DNA of 64,000 nucleotides from the NCBI GenBank assembly GCA_963758635.1, contig CAVWWD010000002.1, forward strand, positions 1 to 64,000. Direction: 5' to 3'. A program made the translations under genes and the position numbers. Of this stretch, positions 1 to 10,102 are shown piece after piece (position 1 is the first letter of the stretch; every line of letters starts with the position of its first letter). The notes beneath the pieces were generated by a model. That model was not told where the DNA came from. It saw only the letters and a program-made list of their open reading frames with translations, and did no database searches. Origin of the DNA: an uncultured Candidatus Rokubacteria bacterium (GTDB lineage: Bacteria > Methylomirabilota > Methylomirabilia > Rokubacteriales > CSP1-6).

Positions 1-3000
1 AGGCTCCCGGCTCGGTCGAGGGATCCGGCGGCCGGGGTCGGACCGAGGCGGCCAGGGCGCGGCCGACCTCGCGCCGCAGGTCCTCCCCCGCGTATCCGCG
101 CTTCGCGATGATGCGCTCGACGCCGCCGTTCAGGCGGTTCTTGTCGGCCTCGGTGAGGTCGCGGGCCGTGACGACAACCACGGGGATGTCGCGCCCGTCG
201 GGGCGGCTCCGCAGCTCGGCCAGGAACTCGAAGCCATCCATCTCGGGCATGACGAGGTCGAGCACGATGACCTCGGGAAGCTCCGCGGCCACGCGATCGA
301 GCGCCACGCGCCCGTTCTCCGCCTGACGAACCGTCCACCCGTCCCGCTCCAGGATCTGTCGCAGCCGCGCGCGAGTGTCCGCGTCGTCCTCCACGAGCAG
401 CAGCCGGCCGGCGTGGCGCGGGCACAGGGCGCGGAGGACACCGAGCAGGCGCTCGCGGTCGACCGGCTTTACCAGGTAGTCCGCGGCGCCCAGCGCGAGC
501 CCCCGCGTCCGCTCGTCGAGGATCGTCACCAGGACCACGGGGATGTCGGCCAGCGTGGGATCGCCCTTGAGCGCGGCCAGCACCGTCCAGCCGTCCAGGT
601 CGGGCATCATGACGTCGAGGGTGATCGCGGCCGGATGAAGCTCGCGGGCGCGGGACAGCGCCTCGAGGCCGCCCGCCGCGGTGACGACCGCGAAGCCCGC
701 GCGCACGAGGAACTGCTCCACGATCTCGCGCACGGTGGCGTCGTCGTCGACCACGAGCACCGTCGTTCCCGTGACGGCGGGTCGCCCGCGTGGCGCCACC
801 GCCTCCTTCCCGACGTTGTCCGCGCGCGCCGGCCCCTCGCCGGCGGGGAGCGCGATGGCGAACGTCGAGCCCTGGCCGGGCGTGCTCTCCACGGTGATGT
901 CGCCGCCCATCATGCGGCAGAAGCGCCGGCTGATGGCCAGCCCCAGCCCCGTCCCCCCGTACTTCCGCGTGGTGGAGGCGTCGGCCTGGGTGAAGTCCTG
1001 GAAGAGCCGCTCCACCTGCTCGGAACGTCATGCCGATCCCCGAGTCCGCCACCTCGAGCACGATCCAGTCGGCGTCTCCGCGGCGCGGGCGGCTGGCCCG
1101 GATGGTGACGAGCCCGCCCTGGGTGAACTTGACGGCATTGCTGGCGAGGTTGAGGAGGGCCTGGCGGAGGCGGGTCGCATCGACGTGCATCGCCCCGACC
1201 TCGGCCGGGCACTCGACGACGAGCCGGTTGCCGTCCTTCTCCGCCAGCGGCCGCATGGTCGTCCGCCACGTCCTCGACGATGGCATCCACGGCGACGGTC
1301 TCCGGATGCAGCTCCATCTTCCCGGCCTCGATCTTCGACAGGTCGAGGACGTCGTTGATGAGCGTGAGCAGGTGCCGCGCCGCCCGCAGGATGCGCTCGA
1401 GCGGCTCGACCTCGTCCTTGCGCCCAAGGTCACGAGCATCCTCGAGCAGGATCTCGCTGACGCCGATGATCGCGTTCATCGGCGTGCGCAGCTCGTGGCT
1501 CATGTTGGCGAGGAACTGCGACTTGTGCTCGCTCGCCACCTGGAGCTGACGGCCCTGCTCCTGGATCGCCTCGAACAGGCGCGCGTTCTGGATGGCCAGC
1601 ACCGACTGGGTGCCGAAGGTCTGCAGGAGCTGGACGGTCTCCGGAGGGAACTCGCCGGCCACCTTGCGCCGGACCACCAGGGCGCCGATGACCCGGTCCT
1701 CGCGCAGGAGCGGCACGGCCAGCACCGCGCGGAAGCCCGCCCGGGCCAGGATGTCCTGCAGTCGGTTGCCCGGCTCACGCTCGAGGTCGTGAACCTGCAC
1801 GGCGGTCCGAGCCGCCGCCGCTCGCCCCACCACCGTCTCGCCCATCCGGATGCGCGAGTCGTGCAGCGCCTCGATGAGGTCGCCGCTGATGCCGTAGTTC
1901 GACCGGGGCACGAACACCTGCGTCGCCTCGTCGAACTCGTAGATGGTCCCTCCGTCGGCCTTCGAGAGCAGGACGGCTTGCGTCACGATCGTGGTGAGCA
2001 CGGTCTGGAGATCGAGCGTGGAGCTCACCGTCTGGCCGACGGCGCCGAGCGCCTGCAGCTCCTCCACCGCGCGCGCCAGCTCGCGCGTGCGCGCGTCCAC
2101 CTTCTGCTCGAGGTTCGCGTACGACTCCTGGAGCCGCGCCGCCGTCTGGTTGAACTCCTGGCCCAGGGCCTCGATCTCGTCCCCGGTCCGCACCTCGATG
2201 CGATGACCGAGATCGCCCGCCCCGATCCGCGCCGCGCCGGCCTGGAGGACGCCGATGGGCGCCACCATCCGCCGGGCCAGGACGACGCTGGCAAGCAGCG
2301 AGAGCCCCAGGCCGAGCACGAAGATGACGGCGCTCCGGATGATCGGCGCGCGCAGGGGCGCATAGGCGTCGGCCAGCGGCCGCTCCACGACGACGAGCCA
2401 TCCGAACGGGTTGACCGGAGCGTGCGCGGCCAGCACCTGATCGCCGTGCAGACCGTCGGCGACGGTCACAACGTCCTCCTCGGGCCGACCAGTGGTGGCC
2501 GCGCGGGCCGCGCGAACCTGGGGAAGCCCGGAGAGATCGCGCTTCTGCTGGACGACGCGGGCGTCCGGATGGGCGAACAGCTGCCCGCGTGAGTCCACCA
2601 CGTAGGCGTATCCGCGGGCGCCGACCTCGGTCCGGGCGATCAGCTTGAGGACCGGCCTCAGCGTGAGCTCGGCGGCGGTGACCTCCACGGCGTAGGTGCC
2701 CACCGGTACGGCCAGCGTCACGTGGGGCTCGGCGTCGTCGCGGAAGTACACCGGGCTCACGTACGTGCGGCCGGCGCGCGCCTGCACGAACTTGGGCGCG
2801 CTCGAGAAATCCTCCTGGCTGCCGATCGCGTCGGGCTCGAGCCGCGACACCCGGAGCTGCTCGCGACCCGACACGTCGAGATGCGCGATCTCCATGACGG
2901 CGGGCGCGTTCCGGAGCAGGCGCAGGAAGTCCAGCTCGCGCTGCTCGGCCAGCGCCGTGCCCAGCCCCTGCCGGAACGGGAGCTTGCCGCGCCGCACCTG

Positions 3001-3297
3001 CGCGGCGGCCGGGTCGTCGGCGGCGGCCAGGGTGGTATCGCGCACCTGACGCTCGATCTCCTTGAGGAACTGCTCGATCTGGACGGCGATGGCCGCGGCC
3101 TTGGCCCGCTCGACCTGCACGATCGACCGCTTCGTCTCCTGGTAGGAGAAGAACAGCTCGACCAGGCTGCTGATCATCAGCACGCCGCCCACCAGCACGA
3201 GCAGGAAGACGACGTACTTCCTCCGCAGCCGGCGCCGGGGCGCGGCGGCGGGCGCCGGGGGAACGCGGCCGGCCGGCGCCGGGGCGCCGCCGGTCAT
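1..3297 (-). CDS. Hybrid sensor histidine kinase: TM-Cache-TM-HAMP-GAF-HisKA-HATPase-REC-REC; runs off the left edge; apparent frameshifts near 1262 and 1025
   Basis: H-box [17 protein letters not shown]-box [13 protein letters not shown] boxes DSGIGM and GGTGLGLAI in alternate frames; two receiver domains (VLVVDDD...ITLDVMMP and LLLVEDD...IVLDLVMP) read manually on the minus strand at ~760-100. Confidence 0.9.
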
Positions 3298-4277
3298 CGA
3301 CGGAACCCGTCGGCGCGGAGCAGGATCTTGCGCGGCACGGACAGGCCCAGCAGGTCGGCCGTCTTCAGGTTCACGGCGAGATCGACCTTGTCGGCGCCCT
3401 CCACCGGCACGTCGTGGGGCCGCGCGCCGCGCAGGAGCTTGGCGACCAGGGAGCCCGCCTGCACGCCCTGGGCGAAGTAGTCGGGCCCGTACGAGACCAG
3501 GCCGCCGTGACCGACCCAGAGCGCCGTCGTGAAGGCGGCGGGCACGCGGGAGGCCAGCGAGGCGTCGAGGATCGCGGCGGGGATGTCCAGGCTGGAGCTC
3601 TCGGGAGCGAGGAGCGCATCGCGCGGCCGCACGTCACGCAGCGCCAGCGCGATCTCCCCCGTGGTCAGCACCGCTCGCGGCAGGATCTCCAGCTTCAGGC
3701 GCTGCGCCGCGCCGACGGCGTTCGCGACCACGGGCTTCGTGCTGGGGTCGCCGCCGTCGTGGATGACCCAGACGCGACGCGTGGCCGGCACCAGCGTCCT
3801 CAGGATCTCGATGCGCTTGGCCACCAGCCGGGCGTGCAGGCTGGTGATCCCGGTGACGTTGCCCTCCGGCCGCGCGAGGTTGCTGACGAGCCCCGCGGCC
3901 GCGGGGTCGCCCACCAGCGTGAAGACGATGGGGATGCTGGGCGTCGCGTCCTTCGCGGCGCGCGTGGCGGCGTGCTGAATGGTGAAGACGAGATCGACGG
4001 GGGCCCGCGCGAGCGCCGCCGCCGCCGCCGGCAGCGCCTCGATGCTCCCCTCGGTGAAGCGGATGTCGAACGTCACGTCGCGGCCCTCGTGCAGGCCGAC
4101 CTGCCCGAGTCCCGCCTTGAGCCCTTCGACGGTCGGGTGGCTGGCCGTCCACGCCTCGGTCAGCACGCCGACGCGGTACGGACGAGAAGCCGGCTGCGCC
4201 TCGGCGAGGCCGGCGAGCATCCCGAGGAGGACGAGGGCGGCGAGCCACGTGCCGGCCCCGGCCCGGCGGTCCATCAC
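3294..4277 (-). CDS. ABC-type substrate-binding protein (ABC_sub_bind, TrpX-like), orphan
   Basis: Signal peptide; motifs IPIVFT..GDP..AGLVSNLARPEGNVTG and GLVSYGPD...INLKTA-like; ATGA overlap with the kinase. Confidence 0.88.
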   Translation of the reverse strand: MMDRRAGAGTWLAALVLLGMLAGLAEAQPASRPYRVGVLTEAWTASHPTVEGLKAGLGQVGLHEGRDVTFDIRFTEGSIEALPAAAAALARAPVDLVFTIQHAATRAAKDATPSIPIVFTLVGDPAAAGLVSNLARPEGNVTGITSLHARLVAKRIEILRTLVPATRRVWVIHDGGDPSTKPVVANAVGAAQRLKLEILPRAVLTTGEIALALRDVRPRDALLAPESSSLDIPAAILDASLASRVPAAFTTALWVGHGGLVSYGPDYFAQGVQAGSLVAKLLRGARPHDVPVEGADKVDLAVNLKTADLLGLSVPRKILLRADGFRR

Positions 4278-5365
4278 AGCGCGACGAACTGGTGGTACGC
4301 GCCCTCGGAGATGGTGCGCCAGCCGGAGAGCTGAGCCTGGAACTTCGTGAACGACGCGTAGACCTTCCGCGCCATCGGGCTCTTCTCGGATTCCTCGCGC
4401 AGGACCTCGGCCGAGAGCTTCTTGAGGTCCCGCAGCACGGGGACGGGAAGCTGCAGCACCTCGACCTTGCCCTTGAACTCCGTCCTGAGCCTCTCCAGGG
4501 CGATCGTGTTCTTCGCCTCGTACTCCATGAGCCCCTGCACCTGGCTGGAGACGACCGCGTAGTCGACGATGCGACGGAGGTCGACGGGCAAGGCGTCGTA
4601 GGCCTTCCGGGCGAAGACGAACTCCAGCGTGGTGGCCGGCTCATGCCAGCCCGGGTAGTAGTAGTACCGCGCGGTGTTCTGCAGCCCGAGCTTCATGTCG
4701 TCGTGCGGGCCGACCCACTCGGTGGCGTCGATCACGCCCCGCTCGAGCGCCGCGTAGATCTCGCCCCCCGGGGTCAGCACGACGGACGTGCCGGCCTTGG
4801 CGACGACCCGGCCGCCGAGCCCGGGGATGCGCATGCGCAGGCCCTTGTAGTCGGCGAGCGTGTTGATCTTCTTCCGGAACCACCCCGCCATCTGCGGCCC
4901 GGTCGCCACGCCCGGGCGCGGCACCAGGTTGAAGGCGGCGTAGGTCTCCTCCCACAGCTTGAGGCCGTCGCCGTGCAGGTACCACGTGGCCATGCCGCCC
5001 GGGTTCATGCCGAACGGGACGCTCGTGAACCACTGGACGGCCGGATCCTTCGCCGCCCAGTAGTAGGACGCGCCCATGAAGGCCTCCACGGTGCCCTTCG
5101 ACGCGGCGTCGAAGCAGTCGAGCGGCGGCATGATCTGGCCGGCCGGGAAGACCTCGATCTTGAGCCGGCCTCCGCTCAGCTCGTCGACGACCCGCGCCAC
5201 CTGCTGGGCCGCGCCCTGCATCACGTCGAGCGCCGGGGTCCACGTGGTCGGCATCCGCCACTGGAACTTCGGCTGGGCGATGACGTTGGGGGCTCCGGCG
5301 AGCGCGACCGCCCCACCCGCGGCCAGCGCAGCGGTCGTCCTGGCGATGAACCGACGTCGCTGCAT
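4274..5365 (-). CDS. TRAP transporter DctP/TakP-like solute-binding protein with Tat-like signal
   Basis: MQRRRFIA leader; PFGMNP, QMAGWFRKKINT, LRMRIPGLGG, ALERGVIDATEWVGP, YYYPGWHEP motifs. Confidence 0.9.
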   Translation of the reverse strand: MQRRRFIARTTAALAAGGAVALAGAPNVIAQPKFQWRMPTTWTPALDVMQGAAQQVARVVDELSGGRLKIEVFPAGQIMPPLDCFDAASKGTVEAFMGASYYWAAKDPAVQWFTSVPFGMNPGGMATWYLHGDGLKLWEETYAAFNLVPRPGVATGPQMAGWFRKKINTLADYKGLRMRIPGLGGRVVAKAGTSVVLTPGGEIYAALERGVIDATEWVGPHDDMKLGLQNTARYYYYPGWHEPATTLEFVFARKAYDALPVDLRRIVDYAVVSSQVQGLMEYEAKNTIALERLRTEFKGKVEVLQLPVPVLRDLKKLSAEVLREESEKSPMARKVYASFTKFQAQLSGWRTISEGAYHQFVAL

Positions 5366-5577
5366 GAGGAGGTCTCTCCCCTGCCCCGAGGAACTGGTCC
5401 CGATCAAGGGTGGCGCCTCGAACGAGCCGTCTCGGCAGCTTTCGTCACGGGAAGGGAGGCAGGTGACCGGGGCCACGACCGGCCACGTGGAGCGCGCTGG
5501 CGGGGCATTCTAGCACAGGCCACGCGGCCATCCGTCGACCGGTCCGGCCGGGCGCCCCAGGGCTGATCCGCTTCTGC

Positions 5578-5696
5578 GCCGAACGCTCAGGCCTGAGCGA
5601 CCGGCGTGCGAGCCTGCCGGCTGGCAGACGGCGATTGCCGAAAGCTCGGTGGTCCGCCGGCGGCACGAAGCGCGTCCGCTCCACGCGAGGTTATCC
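5578..5696 (-). mobile_element. Integron attC-like recombination site (119 bp)
   Basis: Minus strand GGATAAC-CTCGC-GTGGAGCGGAC ... GTCGCTCAG-GCCTGAGC-GTTCGGC, giving R''/L''/L'/R' boxes with an extrahelical base; begins 5 bp after the parE stop. Confidence 0.7.
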
Positions 5697-5700
5697 GGTT

Positions 5701-6004
5701 TCAACTTCGGCGCGTCCAGACCCGAGGATGCCTGGATCCAACGGACTGGAAGGATGCGCGTGGACGACGATCTGGCGCGGTTCGATCCCGTAGAGGATCG
5801 CGTAGGGGAACCGTCGAATCGAGGCGCCCGGCGCATTGAGCGGATCGACGAGGGCGAAGCTTGCGGATGATGTCGAATCGTTGCGAGACACGCGTCGACG
5901 GCGGCCAGGAAGGCGCCGGCACGGTCGGGCGCCTGCGTGTGATACCAGAGGTGGGCCTCGTCCAGATCAAGCTCGGCCTCAGGCGTGAGACGGAGCCGCT
6001 TCAC
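5701..6004 (-). CDS. ParE/RelE-family toxin (multiple apparent frameshifts)
   Basis: MKRLRLTPEAELDLDEAHLWY... N-terminus; IRRFPYAILY and HPRVWTRRS* pieces in other frames. Confidence 0.75.
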
Positions 6005-6240
6005 TTACGGCGTCGAAGCTTGGCATGTACCTGGGCCAGGATTTCGATCAGCCGAGGGATTTCGCGCAGGAGCCCGCCGCCGGGCATCTGCTCCTTGCGC
6101 TGAGCGTCAGTGACCGGAACCGCTTCGGGGTGTCGATCGGGCTGTCCCAGATCGCCTTCCAGGAGCTAGTCGATCGGTGGCGCCGAGGGACTGCTCGATC
6201 TCGCTGGCGTACCGTGGCTCGATGGCTGAATTCTCCGCTT
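6001..6240 (-). CDS. Putative addiction-module antitoxin (TIGR02574-like), frameshifted or degraded
   Basis: Fragments AIWDS, EAVPVTDAQRKE and WPQVHAKLRRRK*; GTGA overlap with the parE start. Confidence 0.6.
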
Positions 6241-6280
6241 CTCGTTCCGGCGACCGCAACCGACACATCAGTATCGATAG

Positions 6281-6335
6281 ACATGACGACTTCCGCGCGG
6301 TGAGGCTGACCTCCGGCGCTCGACGCGGGTTAGCC
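6281..6335 (-). mobile_element. Second, degenerate attC-like site
   Basis: Plus strand CGCTCGACGCG-GGTTAGCC (6317-6335) closely matches CGCTCCACGCGAGGTTATCC (5677-5696); the R' end is poorly conserved. Confidence 0.45.
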
Positions 6336-6339
6336 TGAC

Positions 6340-7040
6340 GTTGCTCGCCTCGCGTCCAGGGCTGCAGGCTCTCGCCCCGGTCGACGCGAGGACGCTCACA
6401 GGGCTCAAGCCGCGTAGCGCACCACTGCGAGTGCTAGGGGCCGTCGAGCGGCGCAGAAGCTCGTCGACTCGGGCGAGCACCCTGTCTTGCGACGCCGCGA
6501 ACGTGCTTGATGATTCGATCAGATCGATCCGTCGCAGGCGAAACGATGACGGGATTGTCAGTGCCTCAGAGGTCTTGACGGTCCTTGAGGTCTGCCGCGA
6601 ACAACGACCTCGAACTTGCGCAGGCCGCGCCAGCGGGCACGATCGGCGGCCCCTGGCGCCCCGCTCGACCACAAGGATTTTGTCCACACACGGTAGCCGA
6701 GCTCCGACGCCTGAACAGACTGTGATTATGCGCTTTGGCCCAGTGAGCTCGACCGTAGCCAGCCGGCCTGCGCATGCTCTGCGCTGCCCACCGGTATCGA
6801 CGGTCGTCAGATTGCGCGTGGTCATCGATCGCAAGATCTGCGATCCTGTCTTCGGCAACTCGAGAAGACATGCGAATCCCAGCAGAACCGATGATCGCGT
6901 CAGGCTTGTCTCTGTATCGGATGGCTATCGGCACGGCCTTCGACCTCATCTTCCTCCGGGATCTCGAGCGGCCACGGGTTCCCGAGGGGCGGCAGCCGCG
7001 CTAGGCTGTAAGGGCGCTGCTACCCGTATGTCATAGGATG
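6340..7040 (-). other. Low-GC segment, probable cassette ORF disrupted by indels; product unknown
   Basis: Lower GC than flanks; only broken ORFs; lies immediately upstream of an attC-like R'' box. Confidence 0.3.
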
Positions 7041-7232
7041 TCGAGAGCGAGCCGGTGCATGAGACCTCGGGCGACCGATTGCCTTGAGGTTCGGCGCGGT
7101 AGAGCTATAGCGTGGGGGAATCGCATCGGCAAGCGCTCGGCGGGCGTAACACGTCCCAGACGCGCCGGCGGACCGCGGGTTCCTTGTCTCCCCCGCGGGG
7201 GGCACTCCCGGCCACGCTGGGGTGGCGGCGGG

Positions 7233-7261
7233 TTGACCCGGCCGCGCCCGGACCGTAGCCT
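7233..7261 (+). promoter_or_regulatory. Candidate sigma70 promoter for uma2
   Basis: TTGACC-N17-TAGCCT. Confidence 0.4.
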
Positions 7262-7330
7262 CGATGTATTCATCATGGGACGCTGACAGGGGGCGCGATG
7301 AGCGATAGGGTGCCCGGCAGGGAGAGCGAC

Positions 7331-7906
7331 ATGGCGCTCGAGACCGAGTCCGTCGCGCGGCGGCGGCGCTTCAGCGTGGACGAGTACCACCGCCTGGGCG
7401 ACAGCGGGATCATCGGCCCCGACGAGCGCGTGGAGCTGATCGAGGGCGAGATCATCGAGATGACCCCCATCGGCCGGGACCATGCGAGCGTCGTGGATCG
7501 CCTCAACATGCTCTTTGCCAGGCGGGTGGGCGACCGGGCGCACGTGCGGGTCCAGGGGCCGGTGACGCTGCGGGCCCTCGCGTCCGAGCCCCAGCCGGAC
7601 CTGCTCCTGCTGCGGCCCCAGCCCGACTACTACCGCTCCGGCCACCCCGAGCCGCCGCACGTCCTGCTGGCCATAGAGGTGATGGAATCGTCGGTGGCCT
7701 ATGACCGGCGGCGGAAGCTGCCGCTCTACGCGCGGGCCGGCTTCCCGGAGGTCTGGCTGGTGGACGTGAACGTGGACGTCACCAGCGTCTATCGCGGCCC
7801 GACGCCCGGCGGCTATCGCGAGGAGCGCACCGTCCGCCGGGACGACGCCATCGCCCCGCTGGCCCTCCCCGACCTCGCCCTCCTCGGCCGCGACCTCACG
7901 GGCTGA
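7331..7906 (+). CDS. Uma2 (DUF820) family PD-(D/E)xK endonuclease
   Basis: RRFSVDEYHRL, RVELIEGEIIEM, SEPQPD, AIEV, DRRRKLPLYARAG..EVWLVD. Confidence 0.92.
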   Translation: MALETESVARRRRFSVDEYHRLGDSGIIGPDERVELIEGEIIEMTPIGRDHASVVDRLNMLFARRVGDRAHVRVQGPVTLRALASEPQPDLLLLRPQPDYYRSGHPEPPHVLLAIEVMESSVAYDRRRKLPLYARAGFPEVWLVDVNVDVTSVYRGPTPGGYREERTVRRDDAIAPLALPDLALLGRDLTG

Positions 7907-8030
7907 GGGGGCCGGGTGGCGAGCCAGGTAAGTCAGATGACGCGGTCAGAAGACCGCGCGCGGCATGCGGGCGACCTGCCCCGCGTCCATCACCCCCGCC
8001 GGCGGCTTCCGCCGAGAACGGAGCGACGAC

Positions 8031-9260
8031 ATGGATGACACCGCGATGGCCCCGGAGTGCCTTGCCGGCGTGCGAGTCCTGGACCTCTCGCAGTTCGAGG
8101 CGGGTCCCTCCTGCACCGAGGTCCTGGCGATGCTCGGGGCCAACGTCGTCAAGGTCGAGAGCCCGAAGGGGGGCGAGCCCGGCCGCACGATCGGCACCGG
8201 GCCGGCGCCGGGCGCCGACGGCTACTACTTCATGACCTACAACGCCAACAAGAAGTCGGTCACCGTCGACCTGAAGACCGAGCGCGGCATCGCGCTCGTC
8301 AAGGAGCTGGCCGAGCGCGCCAACGTCTTCGTGGAAAACATGGCCCCGGGCACGATCGAGCGCCTGGGCCTGGGCTGGGACGTGCTCCACGCGCTCAACC
8401 CGCGCCTGATCTACGCGCAGGTCAAGGGGTTCGGCGAGGGCAGCCCGTACGAGCACAACCTGGCCTTCGACATGATCGCGCAGGCGTGCGGCGGCACGAT
8501 GAGCATCACCGGCGAGCGCGAGGGGCGCCCCTGCAAGCCGGGCCCGACGATCGGCGACACCGGGACGGGCATGCTGCTGGCCATCTCCATCGTGAGCACG
8601 CTCTTCCAGCGCCAGCGCACCGGCACGGGCCGGCGCATCCAGATCGCCATGCAGGACGCGATGCTCCAGTACATCCGCGGCGCGTTCGCCCAGAACCTGC
8701 GCACCGGCGCGCCGGCCATGCGCAACGGCGCCCGGACCCTGGCCGGCGGCCTCGCGCCCTGCGGCATCTACCCGTGCGCGCCCGGCGGGCCCAACGACTA
8801 CGTGTACCTCTTCACCAGCAACACCAACCCCGAGCACTGGCGGCGGCTCCTCAAGGTGATGGGCCGCGAGGACCTGCTGGACGACCCGCGCTTCGCCACG
8901 CGCGAGAAGCGAGCCGAGCACGAGGCGGAGATCGACGCGATGGTCTCCGAGTGGACCAGGAAGCGCGACAAGCACGAGGCGATGCGCCTGGTCGGCGCCG
9001 CCGGCGTGCCCGCGGGGGCCGTGCTCGACACCGGGGAGCTCCTCGGCGAGCCGAGCTTCGAGGCGCGCGGCATCATGCAGACCATGCAGCATCCCCGCGG
9101 GACGATGAAAATGCCCACCTTCCCGGTGCGGTTCGACGGCGCGCCGCCCCGGGTCACGCCGTCACCGCTCCTGGGTGAGCACAACGCCGCCGTGCTCGGC
9201 GACTGGCTCGGCATGAGCGAAAACGACGTGGAGAAGCTCCGGCGCGACGGCGTGCTCTGA
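8031..9260 (+). CDS. Class III CoA-transferase, formyl-CoA transferase-like
   Basis: VLDLSQFEAGPSCT, NANKKSVTVDLK, ENMAPG, FDMIAQA, GDTGTG. Confidence 0.9.
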   Translation: MDDTAMAPECLAGVRVLDLSQFEAGPSCTEVLAMLGANVVKVESPKGGEPGRTIGTGPAPGADGYYFMTYNANKKSVTVDLKTERGIALVKELAERANVFVENMAPGTIERLGLGWDVLHALNPRLIYAQVKGFGEGSPYEHNLAFDMIAQACGGTMSITGEREGRPCKPGPTIGDTGTGMLLAISIVSTLFQRQRTGTGRRIQIAMQDAMLQYIRGAFAQNLRTGAPAMRNGARTLAGGLAPCGIYPCAPGGPNDYVYLFTSNTNPEHWRRLLKVMGREDLLDDPRFATREKRAEHEAEIDAMVSEWTRKRDKHEAMRLVGAAGVPAGAVLDTGELLGEPSFEARGIMQTMQHPRGTMKMPTFPVRFDGAPPRVTPSPLLGEHNAAVLGDWLGMSENDVEKLRRDGVL

Positions 9261-9261
9261 T

Positions 9262-9298
9262 CCCCTCTCCCCTCGGGGGAGAGGGTCAGGGTGAGGGG
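9262..9298. repeat. CCCTCTCCCC-tcg-GGGGAGAGGG-tca-GGGTGAGGGG palindromic intergenic element (REP/CIR-like); possible bidirectional terminator
   Basis: Perfect 10-bp stem 9263-9272/9276-9285 followed by GGGTGAGGG, between convergent genes. Confidence 0.65.
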
Positions 9299-9329
9299 CG
9301 GTGGCACGAGCACGCGGGCTGACGCAGCG

Positions 9330-10049
9330 TCACCGGGCGCCGAACGCCTCCTGGAACAGCGCGAGCATGGCGGCCCAGGAGCGCCGATCCGCGGCCGCGT
9401 TGTAGGCGAGCGCCGGGTTGCCCAGCGTGTCGGCGTCCGGGTTCGTGAAGCTGTGCACCGCGCCGCCGTAGCTCACGAGCTGCCAGTCCGCCTGGGTGGC
9501 GCGCATCTGCGCTTCGAACGCGGCGACCTGCTCGGGCGGGATCAGCGGATCGTTCGCGCCGTGGCACACCAGCACCTTGGCGCGGATGTTCCTCGCGTCT
9601 TCCGGGCGCGGCGCCTCGAGCCCTCCGTGGAAGCTCACGATGGCGGCGAGCGGCGCCCCGCTCCGGCCGAGCTCGAGCGCGGTGCTCCCACCGAAGCAGT
9701 AGCCGATGGCGGCGAGCCTCGCCCGGTCCACGCCGGGCTGGGCGGACAGGGCGTCCAGCGCCGCCTGGGCGCGCGCGCGCCAGCGGTTCACGTCCGAGCG
9801 GACGTCGGTCATCATCTGGATCGCGCCGGGGAGGTCCTTCGCCTGCGCGCCGTCCCCGTACGGGTCGGCGGCCAGCGCGACGTAGCCGACCGCGGCCAGC
9901 CGTCGCGCCCGCTCCATCACGTGCTCGCCGATGCCGAACGCCTCGGGAAACAGCACCACGCCGGGCCGCGCCCCCGACCGACCGTCGTCGGCCAGGTAGC
10001 CCTTCAGGGACACGGCGCCGTCACGGTATTCGAGCGTCTTGTTTGCCAT
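9330..10049 (-). CDS. Dienelactone hydrolase family protein
   Basis: PEAFG, GYCFGG nucleophile, SFHG, GANDP, HSFTNP. Confidence 0.92.
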   Translation of the reverse strand: MANKTLEYRDGAVSLKGYLADDGRSGARPGVVLFPEAFGIGEHVMERARRLAAVGYVALAADPYGDGAQAKDLPGAIQMMTDVRSDVNRWRARAQAALDALSAQPGVDRARLAAIGYCFGGSTALELGRSGAPLAAIVSFHGGLEAPRPEDARNIRAKVLVCHGANDPLIPPEQVAAFEAQMRATQADWQLVSYGGAVHSFTNPDADTLGNPALAYNAAADRRSWAAMLALFQEAFGAR

Positions 10050-10102
10050 GGTCGTGCTCGTCCTTTCGAGTCCAGAGCGCTCCGGGATTGGCGAGCGCGC
10101 GG

